A stretch of 64,000 nucleotides of DNA from an uncultured Gammaproteobacteria bacterium (GTDB lineage: Bacteria; Pseudomonadota; Gammaproteobacteria; UBA9214), in the NCBI GenBank assembly GCA_963803275.1, contig CAWDLS010000001.1:596107-660106 (forward strand). Reading direction: 5' to 3'. This document shows positions 34,311 to 49,783 of the stretch, one piece after another. Every line of letters starts with the position of its first letter. Positions within the stretch are counted from its first letter, which is position 1. The notes below the pieces were generated by a model. It saw only the letters and a program-made list of their open reading frames with translations, had not been told where the DNA came from and did not search any database. A program made the translations under genes and the position numbers.

Positions 34311-34559
34311 ATGCGTATCTACATGCAGATCCCGCCGCAGGACGACAAGGCACCACGTTTCTATCACCTGCACCTGCAGGAAGACCTGCTCGAGGGCTGG
34401 TCCCTGATACGTGAGTGGGGCTACCAGGGCGCACGTGGCCGTGTGGTGCGGGAGCACTTTCCAGACCGCGAAAGCGCCGAGGCCGCACTGGTCCGGACAC
34501 GGGATGAGCAGCTCAAGCGGGGCTATCGCGTTGTCTTCCTGCAGACCCGGCCCGAGTAA
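34311..34559 (+). CDS. stand-alone WGR-domain protein
   Basis: 82 aa, RFYHLHLQEDLLEGWSLIREWGYQGARGRVVREHF...KRGYRVV matches the WGR domain pattern. Confidence 0.6.
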   Translation: MRIYMQIPPQDDKAPRFYHLHLQEDLLEGWSLIREWGYQGARGRVVREHFPDRESAEAALVRTRDEQLKRGYRVVFLQTRPE

Positions 34560-34807
34560 CCAGCCTCCCGGTCCCGCATACCCCTGATATCAAAGGGGGA
34601 AAGCGCTCCCGCCAAAATTGAACCCCCGGTCCGGCGGCGCTATACTGTTTGGCCTTTTGCGCGGGTGCCTGCAAACCGGACAACGCCCCCTGCATCAAAG
34701 GATGGAAAGGTTACATCTTGTTGTTTAATAATTTGTTTCCTGGTTTTGCGCCCGCCACACGCAAGCACTAAAGGAAACAGGTACCTGCGGTAGAGAAGGT
34801 GTTCCCC

Positions 34808-39448
<4,641 letters not shown>

Positions 39449-39450
39449 GC

Positions 39451-40902
39451 GTGGGCAAGCCAACCGGTTTCCTGGAGTATCCCCGCCACGACCGGAGCTA
39501 CGCGCCGAGCGCCGACCGCGTGCAGAATTTCCGTGAATTCGTCATTCCGCTGAACGATATGGAAGTCAGCCAGCAGGGTGCGCGCTGCATGGATTGCGGC
39601 ATTCCGTTCTGCCACCAGGGCTGCCCGGTCAACAATATCATCCCCGACTGGAATGACCTGGTCTACCACGGAGCATGGCAGGAAGCACTGGATGTGCTGC
39701 ATTCGACCAACAACTTTCCTGAATTTACAGGACGCATCTGCCCCGCACCGTGCGAAGAGGCCTGTACACTGAACATCGACGACAACCCGGTCACCATCAA
39801 GACGATCGAATGCGCCATCGTGGACAAGGGCTGGGGGCAGGGCTGGATCAAGCCGTTGCCTGCCGTACACCGGACCGGCAGGCGCGTTGCCATCGTTGGC
39901 TCCGGGCCCGCCGGCCTGGCCTGCGCCCAGCAACTGGCACGTGCCGGTCACGAGGTAGAGGTGTTCGAGAAGAGCGACCGCATTGGCGGGCTGCTGCGCT
40001 ACGGCATTCCCGACTTCAAACTGGAGAAACACGTAATCGACCGGCGCCTGGCGCAGCTGGAAGCCGAAGGCGTCACCTTCCATACCAATGCGCACATCGG
40101 CTTTACCACGCTGGCCAGTGACCTGCTGAACCGGTTCGATGCCATCGCGCTGACCGGCGGCGCAGAACACCCGCGCGATCTCGATGTCCCCGAAAACGAA
40201 CTGGACGGTGTGCATTTTGCGATGGATTTTCTGACACAGCAGAACAAGCGCAACGCCGGCGACCCCGGCGACCCGTCCGTGGCAATAACCGCAGCCGGCA
40301 GGCATGTCATCGTCATCGGTGGCGGCGATACCGGCTCCGACTGCATCGGCACCTCGTTTCGTCAGGGTGCGCTGTCCGTGACCCAGCTGGAGATCCTGCC
40401 GAAACCGCCGGAACGTGAGAACAAGGCCCTCACCTGGCCGGACTGGCCAAACAAGCTGCGCACCTCCAGCTCGCAGAGCGAAGGTGCGGTGCGTGACTGG
40501 TCGGTGGCCACCCGGTCCATAGCGGGCAGGGATGGCAGGGTCACAGCGATCAACTGCGTGCGCCTGGACTGGCTGAAAGACGCCAATGGCCGCTGGCAGA
40601 TGCGGGAAATTCCGGGCAGCGAGTTTCAGCTCAGGGCCGACCTGGTTTTACTGGCGATGGGCTTTGTACACCCGGTACACGAAGGCATGCTCGCGGAACT
40701 CGGCGTCGAACTCGACCCACGCGGCAACGTCAGGGGCAGCACCGAAGGCGACGACGCCTACTGCACCTCCATCGACAAGGTGTTCTCCGCCGGCGACATG
40801 CGCCGTGGCCAGTCGCTGGTGGTCTGGGCGATCCGCGAGGGGCGGCAGTGTGCCCGGGCGATCGACGAGTATCTGATGGGTTCGTCGGAACTGCCTCGAT
40901 AA
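39451..40902 (+). CDS. gltD: glutamate synthase small subunit
   Basis: GTG start. Fe-S cysteine cluster, FAD/NADPH-binding [10 protein letters not shown]. 483 aa. Confidence 0.9.
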   Translation: MGKPTGFLEYPRHDRSYAPSADRVQNFREFVIPLNDMEVSQQGARCMDCGIPFCHQGCPVNNIIPDWNDLVYHGAWQEALDVLHSTNNFPEFTGRICPAPCEEACTLNIDDNPVTIKTIECAIVDKGWGQGWIKPLPAVHRTGRRVAIVGSGPAGLACAQQLARAGHEVEVFEKSDRIGGLLRYGIPDFKLEKHVIDRRLAQLEAEGVTFHTNAHIGFTTLASDLLNRFDAIALTGGAEHPRDLDVPENELDGVHFAMDFLTQQNKRNAGDPGDPSVAITAAGRHVIVIGGGDTGSDCIGTSFRQGALSVTQLEILPKPPERENKALTWPDWPNKLRTSSSQSEGAVRDWSVATRSIAGRDGRVTAINCVRLDWLKDANGRWQMREIPGSEFQLRADLVLLAMGFVHPVHEGMLAELGVELDPRGNVRGSTEGDDAYCTSIDKVFSAGDMRRGQSLVVWAIREGRQCARAIDEYLMGSSELPR

Positions 40903-40904
40903 AA

Positions 40905-41290
40905 AATTCGCACAAAGCCGCAAAAGCGCCAAGAACAAAACTGAACTGCCACAGAGGGCACCGAGCGCACAGAGATAAAACAGCCCGGGAGCAGAATACA
41001 TGAACAGTGACACATTACTGCACGTTGCAGGAATCGTCATTCTGGTCTTTTATTTCGGCCGCAAGATGTACTGGCCCGGCAAGGCAAACAGGCACAATTT
41101 ACTAACCGGTGAAGCCAGGCTGGCGAATCAGGAGGTTAACAAGGCTCACGATACGCTTTCCTGGGCACTGCTGCTGATAGGCGCATCGCTGATTTTCTTA
41201 CCCGGCATTTTCTGAACTAGTTTTCTCTGTGTGCACGGTGCCCTCTGTGGCATTTATTCACTTTGCGCCTTTGCGGCTTTGCGCGAGACA
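40905..41290. repeat. imperfect inverted-repeat element of the same family carrying a 71-aa ORF
   Basis: Left arm CGCACAAAGCCGCAAAAGCGCCAAG...CCACAGAGGGCACCGAGCGCACAGAGATAAAA. Right arm TTTTCTCTGTGTGCACGGTGCCCTCTGTGG...CTTTGCGCCTTTGCGGCTTTGCGCGAG, the reverse complement of the left arm with a few mismatches. Fills the whole gltD-hemE gap. Confidence 0.55.
41000..41215 (+). CDS. hypothetical 71-aa two-helix membrane peptide (cargo of inverted-repeat element)
   Basis: [20 protein letters not shown]...[17 protein letters not shown]: two hydrophobic helices. Lies entirely between the arms of an inverted-repeat element in the gltD-hemE gap. Confidence 0.35.
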   Translation: MNSDTLLHVAGIVILVFYFGRKMYWPGKANRHNLLTGEARLANQEVNKAHDTLSWALLLIGASLIFLPGIF

Positions 41291-41300
41291 GGGTTTTTGA

Positions 41301-42368
41301 ATGACACAACCATTACAAAACGACCGCTTCCTCCGTGCGCTGCTGCGTGAGCCCGTAGACGTGACGCCGGTCTGGATGATGCGCCAGGCGGGCCGTTACC
41401 TGCCGGAGTACCGGGCGGTACGCAGTCAGGCGGGCAGTTTCATGGACCTGTGCACCAACCCGGAACTGGCCTGTGCCGTAACCCTGCAGCCGGTGGACCG
41501 CTTCCCGCTGGATGCCGCCATCCTGTTTTCCGACATCCTCACCGTCCCGGATGCCATGGGGCTGGGCCTGTACTTCGAGGAAGGCGAAGGCCCGTGTTTC
41601 AGGAGACCGGTGCGCAGGGCGGCGGATATCAGGGCACTCGGCAGGCCCGACCCGGAGACCGAACTGCGCTACGTCATGGACGCGGTACGCCTGATCCGGC
41701 GCGCGCTGGATGGCCGCATCCCGCTCATCGGTTTTTCCGGCAGCCCATGGACACTGGCCACCTACATGGTCGAGGGTGGCTCCACCAAAACCTTCTCGCA
41801 GGTCAAGGGCATGCTCTACGGCGAACCCCGGCTGATGCACGAGTTGCTGGATACCATCGCCGCTGCCGTTACCGACTACCTCAATGCACAGATCGCCGCC
41901 GGTGCACAGGCCGTGATGATATTCGACACCTGGGGCGGCGTGCTGACGCCGAATGACTACCGTGACTTTTCGCTGCACTACATGCAGCAGATCGTGGATG
42001 GCCTGACTCGCCAGGCGGAAGGTCGCAGGGTTCCCGTCATCCTGTTCACCAAGGGTGGTTGCCAGTGGCTGGAACAGATGGCCGGAACCGGCGCCGATGC
42101 GCTCGGCATCGACTGGTCCACCGATCTTGCACAGGCGCGCAGGCGCGTCGGCGACCGCGTTGCCCTGCAGGGCAACCTGGACCCGGCGGTACTGTATGCA
42201 CCGCCCGGGATCATACGCGAGCGCGTCGCCGGCGTGCTGGCGGCGTTCGGCCACGGCTCCGGCCATGTGTTCAACCTGGGCCACGGCATCAATCCGGATG
42301 TCGACCCCGAGCATGCCGGTACCCTGGTCAGCGCCGTGCACGAGCTGAGCGCGCAATATCACACCTGA
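41301..42368 (+). CDS. hemE: uroporphyrinogen decarboxylase
   Basis: [37 protein letters not shown]: canonical HemE N-terminus. Confidence 0.9.
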   Translation: MTQPLQNDRFLRALLREPVDVTPVWMMRQAGRYLPEYRAVRSQAGSFMDLCTNPELACAVTLQPVDRFPLDAAILFSDILTVPDAMGLGLYFEEGEGPCFRRPVRRAADIRALGRPDPETELRYVMDAVRLIRRALDGRIPLIGFSGSPWTLATYMVEGGSTKTFSQVKGMLYGEPRLMHELLDTIAAAVTDYLNAQIAAGAQAVMIFDTWGGVLTPNDYRDFSLHYMQQIVDGLTRQAEGRRVPVILFTKGGCQWLEQMAGTGADALGIDWSTDLAQARRRVGDRVALQGNLDPAVLYAPPGIIRERVAGVLAAFGHGSGHVFNLGHGINPDVDPEHAGTLVSAVHELSAQYHT

Positions 42369-42832
42369 CGCATCCATCCCTGCCTGAAGCGGCGCCCGGC
42401 GGTACCGCCACGTTTCGACGCGCACGTGCCGCGCCCACATAGACATGCGGGTGCGCATTCGTTAACATATTGACGCCGCAGGTGGTGTGCTGCATTCACG
42501 CTGTTCTGTTTTGGGTGTCATACAGCTACCGGGATATATCAGCACGACGGCATGGCAGCGCTTCAGGAAATAACAACAAGGCAAGGCGTGTTACGTTGTT
42601 TATCTGACCATGCCCGTTGTCGTGCTGATTATATGCACGCGTGCTGATCGGGAGGCCGGTTGTACGGCCATCCTGATAAATTCGTTGTACACACCTGGCA
42701 GGGATACGGGATGCCGCTCTCAAACTGCGACCGGTCTTCACTTACGATCGTATCCCTGGCCCATAGGAATGACGAGGCAGAGTACGCCCCTCTCCTGTTG
42801 ATTGTCAGGCCATTCAGGGGGGTTCTGTCCGT

Positions 42833-44277
42833 ATGCACTGGCGCGCGATAACACGGCTATTCGGCATCCTCCTCCTGTTGTACAGCCTGGGTTTCATTCC
42901 CTCGATCGGTATCTCCCTGCTGTACGATGACGGGCAGTGGCCGATATTCATCGAGTCCCTGCTCATCGCCACCGCGGCGGGACTGGTCATGTGGTTACCG
43001 AATTTCAGGCAGCGCAGCGAGCTGTCTGTCCGCGATGGCTTTCTCGTTGTTACCCTGTTCTGGGTGCTGCTGGGCTTTGTCGGGGCCCTGCCGTTTATCC
43101 TCGGTCTGCATCTCAGCATAACCGATGGCATTTTCGAGTCCGTATCCGGATTTACCACGACCGGCGCAACCGTCATGGTCGGGCTGGACCAGCTGCCTGC
43201 ATCCATCCTGTACCACCGGCAGCAGATACAGTGGCTCGGCGGCATGGGCATCATTGTACTGGCCGTCGCCATCCTGCCCCTGCTGGGTGTTGGTGGTATG
43301 CAGCTGTATCGGGCGGAGGCGTCCGGCGTGGCAAAGCACGAGAAGCTGACACCCAGAATCGCTGAAACGGCGCGCGTTCTATGGATCATCTATTTCTCGC
43401 TGACCATGGCCTGTGCACTGGCCTACTGGATTGCCGGCATGAGCGTCTTCGACGCTGTCGGTCATGCCTTCTCAACAGTTGCGACCGGCGGTTTTTCGAC
43501 CCACGACGCGAGCATCGGCTACTACGACAGCCCGCTCATCGAGACCATTGCCATCATCTTTATGCTCTCCGGCGGCGTGAATTTCGCCGTCCATTTCCTG
43601 GCCTGGCGGCAACTGTCCCTGCTCCCGTACGGCGCCGACCCCGAGGTACGGGTCTACGGCATGATCTTCATGCTGTCGACCCTGTTCGTCGCGGCAAGCC
43701 TGTACTGGGCAGGCGCCTACAGCGGGACCTGGGAATCATTGCGCTACGCCGCCTTTCAGGTGGCATCGATCTTCACCAGCACCGGCTTCAGCACCGTCAC
43801 CTTTGCCGAGTGGCCGCTGCACATTCCACTCATCCTGATCATCCTCTCGTTTACGGGCGGGTGCGTCGGCTCGACGGCAGGCGGGATCAAGGTCCTGCGC
43901 ATTTTGCTGCTCGCCAAACTGGGCTTGCGGCAACTGTTCCAGCTGGCCCACCCGCAGGCCGTTTCCCTGGTCAAGCTGGGAGACGGCCGGTATCGGAGGA
44001 TGTCCTGTTCGCCGTGTGGGGCTTCTATGTCCTCTACATCGTCACCTCGCTGTTGCTCACCGTCGCCATGATGGCGGCCGGGCTGGACCTGGAGTCGGCC
44101 TTCGGCGCTGTGTTTGCCACCATCAACCTGCTCGGTCCCGGCCTGGGCGATGTCGCAGTTACCTTTGCCACGGTCAGTCCGGTGGTCAAATGGCTGGGCA
44201 TCTTCGGCATGCTGGTGGGGCGACTGGAGGTATTCACCTTGTTGATTCTGTTCATGCCGGCCTACTGGCGGCACTGA
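42833..44277 (+). pseudogene. trkH: Trk potassium uptake protein TrkH, interrupted by a 1-nt frameshift near 43985-43995
   Basis: N-terminal 380 aa in frame 2 (42833..~43990) and C-terminal ~95 aa in frame 1 (ORF 43381..44277). Junction ...VKLGDGR | PVSEDVLFAVWGF... Compatible with a single-base deletion in GGCCGG. Confidence 0.7.
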
Positions 44278-44308
44278 ATTCTGGAACAGCCATGTCACCG
44301 GTGACATC

Positions 44309-45684
44309 ATGAAAATTATTATCCTCGGGGCCGGCCAGGTCGGCAGTACCGTTGCCGAAAGGCTCGCAGGCGAAGCCAACGACATCACGGTGGTCGACCA
44401 GTCACCGGAACTGCTGACGATGCTTCAGGAGCGCCTCGACATCCGCACCATCGTTGGCCAGGCATCCTACCCCGACGTGCTGCGCGAGGCCGGAATCGAA
44501 GACGCGGATATGGTTCTGGCGGTCACCAACAGCGACGAGATCAACATGGTCGCCTGCCAAATAGCGCATTCCATCTTTCATACGCCCCTGCGCCTGGCGC
44601 GCGTGCGTTCACGCAACTACCTGGCACACCCCAAACTCTTCACGCCGGATGCCGTGCCGATCAATTTCATTATCAGCCCCGAACAACTGGTGACCACCTT
44701 CATCCAGCACCTGATCGAGTCCCCGGGCGTCCTGCAGATACTCGACTTTGCCGACGGCAAGGCACAACTGGTGGCCGTGCAGGCGCATTATGGCGGGCGC
44801 GCTGGTCGGACAGCGAGCTGCGCTCGATTGCCAAGGAGATTCCGACTGCGGAAAACCGTGTCGTCGCCATCTTTCGGCGCGACCGGGCCATTATCCCCGA
44901 AGGGCAGACCGTGATCGAGGCCGGCGACGAGATCTTCTTCCTGGCGGCGCGCGAACATATCCCGTCCGTTGTGGCCGCGTTTCGCCGCTCCGACAAGCGC
45001 AACCGAAGGGTCACCATCGCCGGTGGCGGCAATATCGGCATTCGCCTGGCTGAAACGATCGAGTCGGATTACCACGTGAAGCTCATCGAGCTCGATGCCA
45101 GACGATGCCGTGCGCTTGCCGAATCCCTGCACCAGACGATCGTACTGCACGGCGACGCGGCGGATGAAGACCTGCTGAAGCAGGAAGATATCGAGGATAC
45201 CGATATTTTCTGCGCCGTAACCAACGACGATGAGGCCAACATACTTTCCGGCATGCTCGCCAAGCGGCTGGGCGCACGCAAAGTGGTGTCCATCATCAAC
45301 CGACCGAGTTATGTGGAACTTGTCCAGGGCTCCGCCGTGGACATCGCCCTGTCCCCCGCGCAGGTCACGATCGGCGCATTGCTGGCCCATATCCGGCGCG
45401 GCGACGTGGTGGCCGTACATTCCCTGCGAAGGGGCGCTGCCGAGGCGATAGAACTTGTCGTTCACGGTGACCGCGACACGTCGCAGGTGGTCGGCCGCAG
45501 TATCGAAGAGCTGCCGCTGCCTGAAGGCACCAGTATCGGCGCCATCGTGCGCGGTGACAATCTTGTCTTTCCTCATAAGGACACCGTCATCGAACCGGAA
45601 GATCACGTGATTCTGTTCCTGGCAGACAACCAGCAGATTGCCTGCGTGGAGCGCCTGTTCCAGGTCACGCTCATGTTTCTCTAG
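44309..45684 (+). pseudogene. trkA: Trk system NAD-binding protein TrkA, interrupted by two closely spaced +1 frameshifts at ~44795-44830
   Basis: N-terminal RCK/Rossmann domain ([14 protein letters not shown]) in frame 2 to ...AHYGG. ALVGQ in the next frame. [11 protein letters not shown]...EAGDEIFF and the second RCK domain in the third frame (ORF 44911..45684). Confidence 0.7.
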
Positions 45685-46345
45685 ACGCACAACCCCCTGC
45701 CGGCCTGCCCGGACGCCGGTTTTACGGGTAAGCTGCAAGGCCTGTTTGATATGGCGCATCACTCGCAGACCCAGCGATATGGCGGCTCCTTGCACGGGTC
45801 CCGATCGAATCTGGATGACCCGAAGATCGGGCCGGTGACAAACGGGCGCCGTCCATATTGCGGACGTGGTCACCGGGAACCAGCAGGCGGTACGCGGTGA
45901 TGGCGGCACCTGGCTGGTTGTTCGGTGCCTGAATACCGCGAGCCGGTCATCCGCAGGGTATTTGCTGGGGGTATTGGCGTCGGGGCAGGAGAACACGCCC
46001 CCGTCACCCTCGCCTGCACAGGAACGTGATTCACAGGGCGAGCCAAGCGCCGGGTTCTCCCCATTACCTTGTCAATGTCCAGCTGACGTGACACCGCCCG
46101 GCGGTATTCTGTGCAGATTGTAACAGCTGCACGACGTGTATTTTCCCGCTCATTCAAACAACTGGATGATACAGCCGCGAATCGTCGCTGCAGCACGACA
46201 AAATCACCCCCGAGCGGTGTGTTCGATGTCCGTCTGTGCTGGATAAGTGACTGAAAAATTAGCAAGTCTCCTGAAATGGCACGTGATATGCCGGAACTAT
46301 TGTGTCAGGCGCGTGAGGAGCTGCTCCTCTGGAGGTAACTCACAG

Positions 46346-46666
46346 ATGTTTATCGTAATGAAGCCGGCCAGCCGGCTGAAGACAGCGCATGCACTGCTTG
46401 CCATCGGCATGCTGGCAATACTGAACAGTAATGCGGCGGCGATGCGGTGCGGAACGGAGCTTGTCGACGAGGGCGATACCCAGCTTGAAGTGGCATTGAA
46501 ATGTGGTGAGCCGACTTTCGTGGAACAAAACCGCTGGCACTACAACCTTGGGCCACACAAGTTCATAAAGATCCTGCACTTCCAGGACGGTCAGTTGCAC
46601 TGGATCGAGGAGGGGCAATACGGCAGCAGCGACACGTTGCCGTCTGCACCGATGGTTATCGACTGA
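46346..46666 (+). CDS. DUF2845-like small periplasmic protein
   Basis: Signal peptide MFIVMKPASRLKTAHALLAIGMLAILNSNAAA. Conserved Cys pair (MRCGTELV...LKCGEP). GGAGG RBS. Confidence 0.5.
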   Translation: MFIVMKPASRLKTAHALLAIGMLAILNSNAAAMRCGTELVDEGDTQLEVALKCGEPTFVEQNRWHYNLGPHKFIKILHFQDGQLHWIEEGQYGSSDTLPSAPMVID

Positions 46667-46828
46667 GCGTAACCGGTGCCCGCATTCAGGGAAGTCGCCG
46701 GTACTTCACGTGTTCCCGGCCGGCAGGTACGACTCGCGATCGACGGAATCCAACCCTGACTACCCCGCTCTGCACGGGCTCAGGAGATGGATAGTTTAAA
46801 CCAGTGCCATAACAGGCAGGAGGTTGTT

Positions 46829-47425
46829 ATGAGTGTCAATTTCCGTAAATCATTCGTTGCCGGTGTGATAGGTATGCTGATGGCTGCGCCTGGTATACAT
46901 GCCGCACCGCAAATGCAGTCACCACACGCGGACCGTGAGCACGATGGGCAACCGATGGTCAATTCACCAGCGCCTTCCGGCGAAGTGATTCGGTCATTGC
47001 CGGGAAGCGACGAGCCAGCCGCACGAGCGGCGGGAGAAGCCACCCGGTCAAAAGACACCCTGGTATCCGTCCTGACGCCTCGGCATCTGAAGAAAATGGT
47101 CGTGATCGACACAGCAGGGAAGACGATCGGTAATATCGAAGACGTGGTTCGCAGTCGTGAAGACGGGTTTATCTATGCGGTCATCTCGTCCGGCGGGATA
47201 CTGGGGATCGGTGCGCAGGAGGTCCCCGTTCCACTTGAAGAGCTGCAGGTACGGGGTGACAAACTGCGCATTGCTACCACCAGGGACACGCTGTTGCACT
47301 GGCCGGCGTACCAGGAAGATCAGTATGTCGAGCTGGAACCCTCGGACAAACCAATCAGCGAGTTCTCCGCATTCGAGGTGATTCCGCCTGATGGGGCCGA
47401 AACGGTACCTGAGCAGAACCAGTAA
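46829..47425 (+). CDS. PRC-barrel domain protein with signal peptide
   Basis: MSVNFRKSFVAGVIGMLMAAPGIHA signal peptide. PRC-barrel-like core (KTIGNIEDVV...GFIYAVISSGGILGIGAQEVPVPLEEL). GGAGG RBS. Confidence 0.6.
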   Translation: MSVNFRKSFVAGVIGMLMAAPGIHAAPQMQSPHADREHDGQPMVNSPAPSGEVIRSLPGSDEPAARAAGEATRSKDTLVSVLTPRHLKKMVVIDTAGKTIGNIEDVVRSREDGFIYAVISSGGILGIGAQEVPVPLEELQVRGDKLRIATTRDTLLHWPAYQEDQYVELEPSDKPISEFSAFEVIPPDGAETVPEQNQ

Positions 47426-47614
47426 CCCCGGGGTAGTGGGTACGGTGGAAATCCTGCGGCCCGTGCCGCACCGAGCGCCAGATCAGTGGGCGGTTGTACG
47501 GCTTACGGTCGGGCGACTGACAGGGATCGTTCCGGTTTCCCGGTCGCCACTCCCGCAAACGGGGCGCGAGGCGACCGGGTAATCGTTCAAATCCGGGTAT
47601 AAAAGGAGTGCTTT

Positions 47615-47797
47615 ATGAAACTGGAAACAAGATGTGCACTGTACGGGATAGTGGCGGCCGTCCTGATGTTGCAGGGCTGCACGGCATTTCTTGCGGGCAC
47701 GGCGGCCGGTGGTGCCGCTGGCTACATGTTGCACGACGAGGGCTACGAGGTGCAGTCACCGGTAGTGCACCAATCCAGGGACAAGCACACCGAGTAG
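47615..47797 (+). CDS. small glycine-zipper lipoprotein
   Basis: 60 aa with lipobox LQGC and a GTAAGGAAGY motif. Strong RBS AAAAGGAG. Confidence 0.5.
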   Translation: MKLETRCALYGIVAAVLMLQGCTAFLAGTAAGGAAGYMLHDEGYEVQSPVVHQSRDKHTE

Positions 47798-47914
47798 TTC
47801 CTGCTCGCGCGTATCAACTCGGAATCAGTCATCCGCGTCGCTGCGGGGATACAGCTGATTCCGGAACCCAGCGCGGCCGTGCATACATCCGCTTGCCGCG
47901 TCTGCCGTGACCGA

Positions 47915-49273
47915 TCAGTTTGCGTCCTTGAACATGGCGGACGATAGATGATGGCGGTGCAGGAGCCGGTAGAATTCGGTGCGGTTGCGGCCGGCGAGCC
48001 GGGACGCATCGGTCACCTGGCCGTTAGTGATCTTCAGCAACTGGATCAGATAATCGCGTTCAAAGCGTTGCTTCGCATCCACATAGGAAAGCGTATCCAT
48101 GGGCATCTCCTGTAGTGCGCGGGCTACCAGCGTCGCGGGGATAAGGGGTGTCGTGCGCAGGGCACAACAGTGCTCAACCACGTTCATGAGCTGGCGTACA
48201 TTGCCGGGCCAATCGCATGTGGTGAGTATCTCCATGGCGTCAGGCGTGAAGTCGTTCACATTGTATCCATGCTTCTCACAAAGGGTCAGGAGAAAATGGT
48301 GTGCCAGCAGGAGGATGTCCTCCCGTCGCTCGCGCAGCGGCGGGATAACAAGGTTAACCACGTTGAGCCGGTAGTAGAGATCTTCACGGAACGTACCCTC
48401 GGCAATCGACTGCTCCAGCACCTGGTGTGTCGCGGACAGGATCCGCACATCCACCGTCATGGACTGGCTGGATCCCAACGGGCGAACCTCCTTGTCCTCG
48501 AGCACCCTGAGCAGCTTGGCCTGCAGGGCTAACGGCATGTCACCGATTTCATCCAGAAAGATCGTACCGCCGTTTGCGGACTGGAACAGCCCCTTGTAGG
48601 ACGTGACGGCACCTGTGAAGGCCCCCTTGACATGACCGAACAGCTCCGACTCCAGCAGCTGTTCCGGTATGGCTGCACAGTTGATGGCGACGAAGGGCGC
48701 ATCAGCGCGCGCGCTCGCTTGATGGATGGCCCGTGCCAGGAGTTCCTTGCCGGTACCGGACTCACCCTGAATCAGCACGCTTGCCTCGGTTCGCGCAACC
48801 AGCTGCAGTTCCGCCAGCAATGCCTCCATCGAAGAGCTAACCGAAATGATACCGTCACGCCAGGTTTCGTTAAGTAGTAACGACTCCGGTATCTGCCCGG
48901 GACTCAAGGCAACCGCCCGCGCAAGCAGGTCCAGCAGTTTCCTGGCATCGAAGGGCTTGGTCAGATAGCCGAATACGCCTTGCTGGGTCGCCTCCACGGC
49001 GTCCTGGATTGTGCCATGGGCCGTCAGCACGATCACCGGCAACGCGTGGTCCTGGCTATGGATATGCTGAAACAGTGCTATCCCGTCCATGCCTTCCATA
49101 CACAGATCGGTGATCACGACCTGAGGGCGTGAGACGCCCATCTTGGCCAGGGCCTCGGTGCCACTGGAGGCTGTCTGAACCTCGTAGCGGGCCGATTGGA
49201 GGCGCAAGGTAAGCAGTCGAAGCAGACCGGTGTCATCGTCTACGAGGAGAACCCTGCAACGGTGCTTGCGCAT
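47915..49273 (-). CDS. sigma-54-dependent response regulator (NtrC/Fis family), orphan
   Basis: Receiver domain (VLLVDDD...D phosphoacceptor), AAA+ sigma-54 activation domain (ESGTGKE, GAFTGA) and C-terminal Fis-type HTH. No histidine kinase adjacent. Confidence 0.85.
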   Translation of the reverse strand: MRKHRCRVLLVDDDTGLLRLLTLRLQSARYEVQTASSGTEALAKMGVSRPQVVITDLCMEGMDGIALFQHIHSQDHALPVIVLTAHGTIQDAVEATQQGVFGYLTKPFDARKLLDLLARAVALSPGQIPESLLLNETWRDGIISVSSSMEALLAELQLVARTEASVLIQGESGTGKELLARAIHQASARADAPFVAINCAAIPEQLLESELFGHVKGAFTGAVTSYKGLFQSANGGTIFLDEIGDMPLALQAKLLRVLEDKEVRPLGSSQSMTVDVRILSATHQVLEQSIAEGTFREDLYYRLNVVNLVIPPLRERREDILLLAHHFLLTLCEKHGYNVNDFTPDAMEILTTCDWPGNVRQLMNVVEHCCALRTTPLIPATLVARALQEMPMDTLSYVDAKQRFERDYLIQLLKITNGQVTDASRLAGRNRTEFYRLLHRHHLSSAMFKDAN

Positions 49274-49734
49274 TTGTGCCGCCCCGGCGTGCACCCGCAC
49301 GCCCGTTTACATCATTGTACGAGCAATACGACACTTTCCTTTGTAGTTTAGTGTACAGGAACGCCGATGGGATTCCCGGGAAACAGTTACGCCGTGCGGT
49401 CGACCCGCAGGTGAATATCCGCCAGGGTAACTGCCTGCTCGTCCTGCTCGTGACATAAACCCCAGGCATTATGCTTGTTTGTAACTTGATGGATCCGCAC
49501 GTCAATACCACTAACATTGCTACGGTTATTCCGGAACCTGCCGGTGACTGCCTGACGAGGTGGCAAGGCGAGGTTTTGTGGCTGTCAGTCACACCCGGGT
49601 CATCAGCCCTCACAACGTGCCAAAATCACCCACACGCCTGCCAGGCAAGTCTATCGCTGATCGAGCACTATTGAAGCGGTGACTATTGAGCACCGGTACC
49701 CGATGAAAGTACGGGGCAACATTGCAGACGCGCA

Positions 49735-49783
49735 TTGAGACGCAACGCGGTTCGCGCGGGATTATGGAGACAGGGCCTGGTTA
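49735..49783. repeat. degenerate solo end of the MITE family
   Basis: GCAACGCGGTTCGCGCGGGATTATGGAGACAGG...TTAG matches the MITE right end (GCAACACGGTTCGCGCGGGATTATGAGATAGGTTCTAG). Abuts the stop of the MlaC-like gene. Confidence 0.45.
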
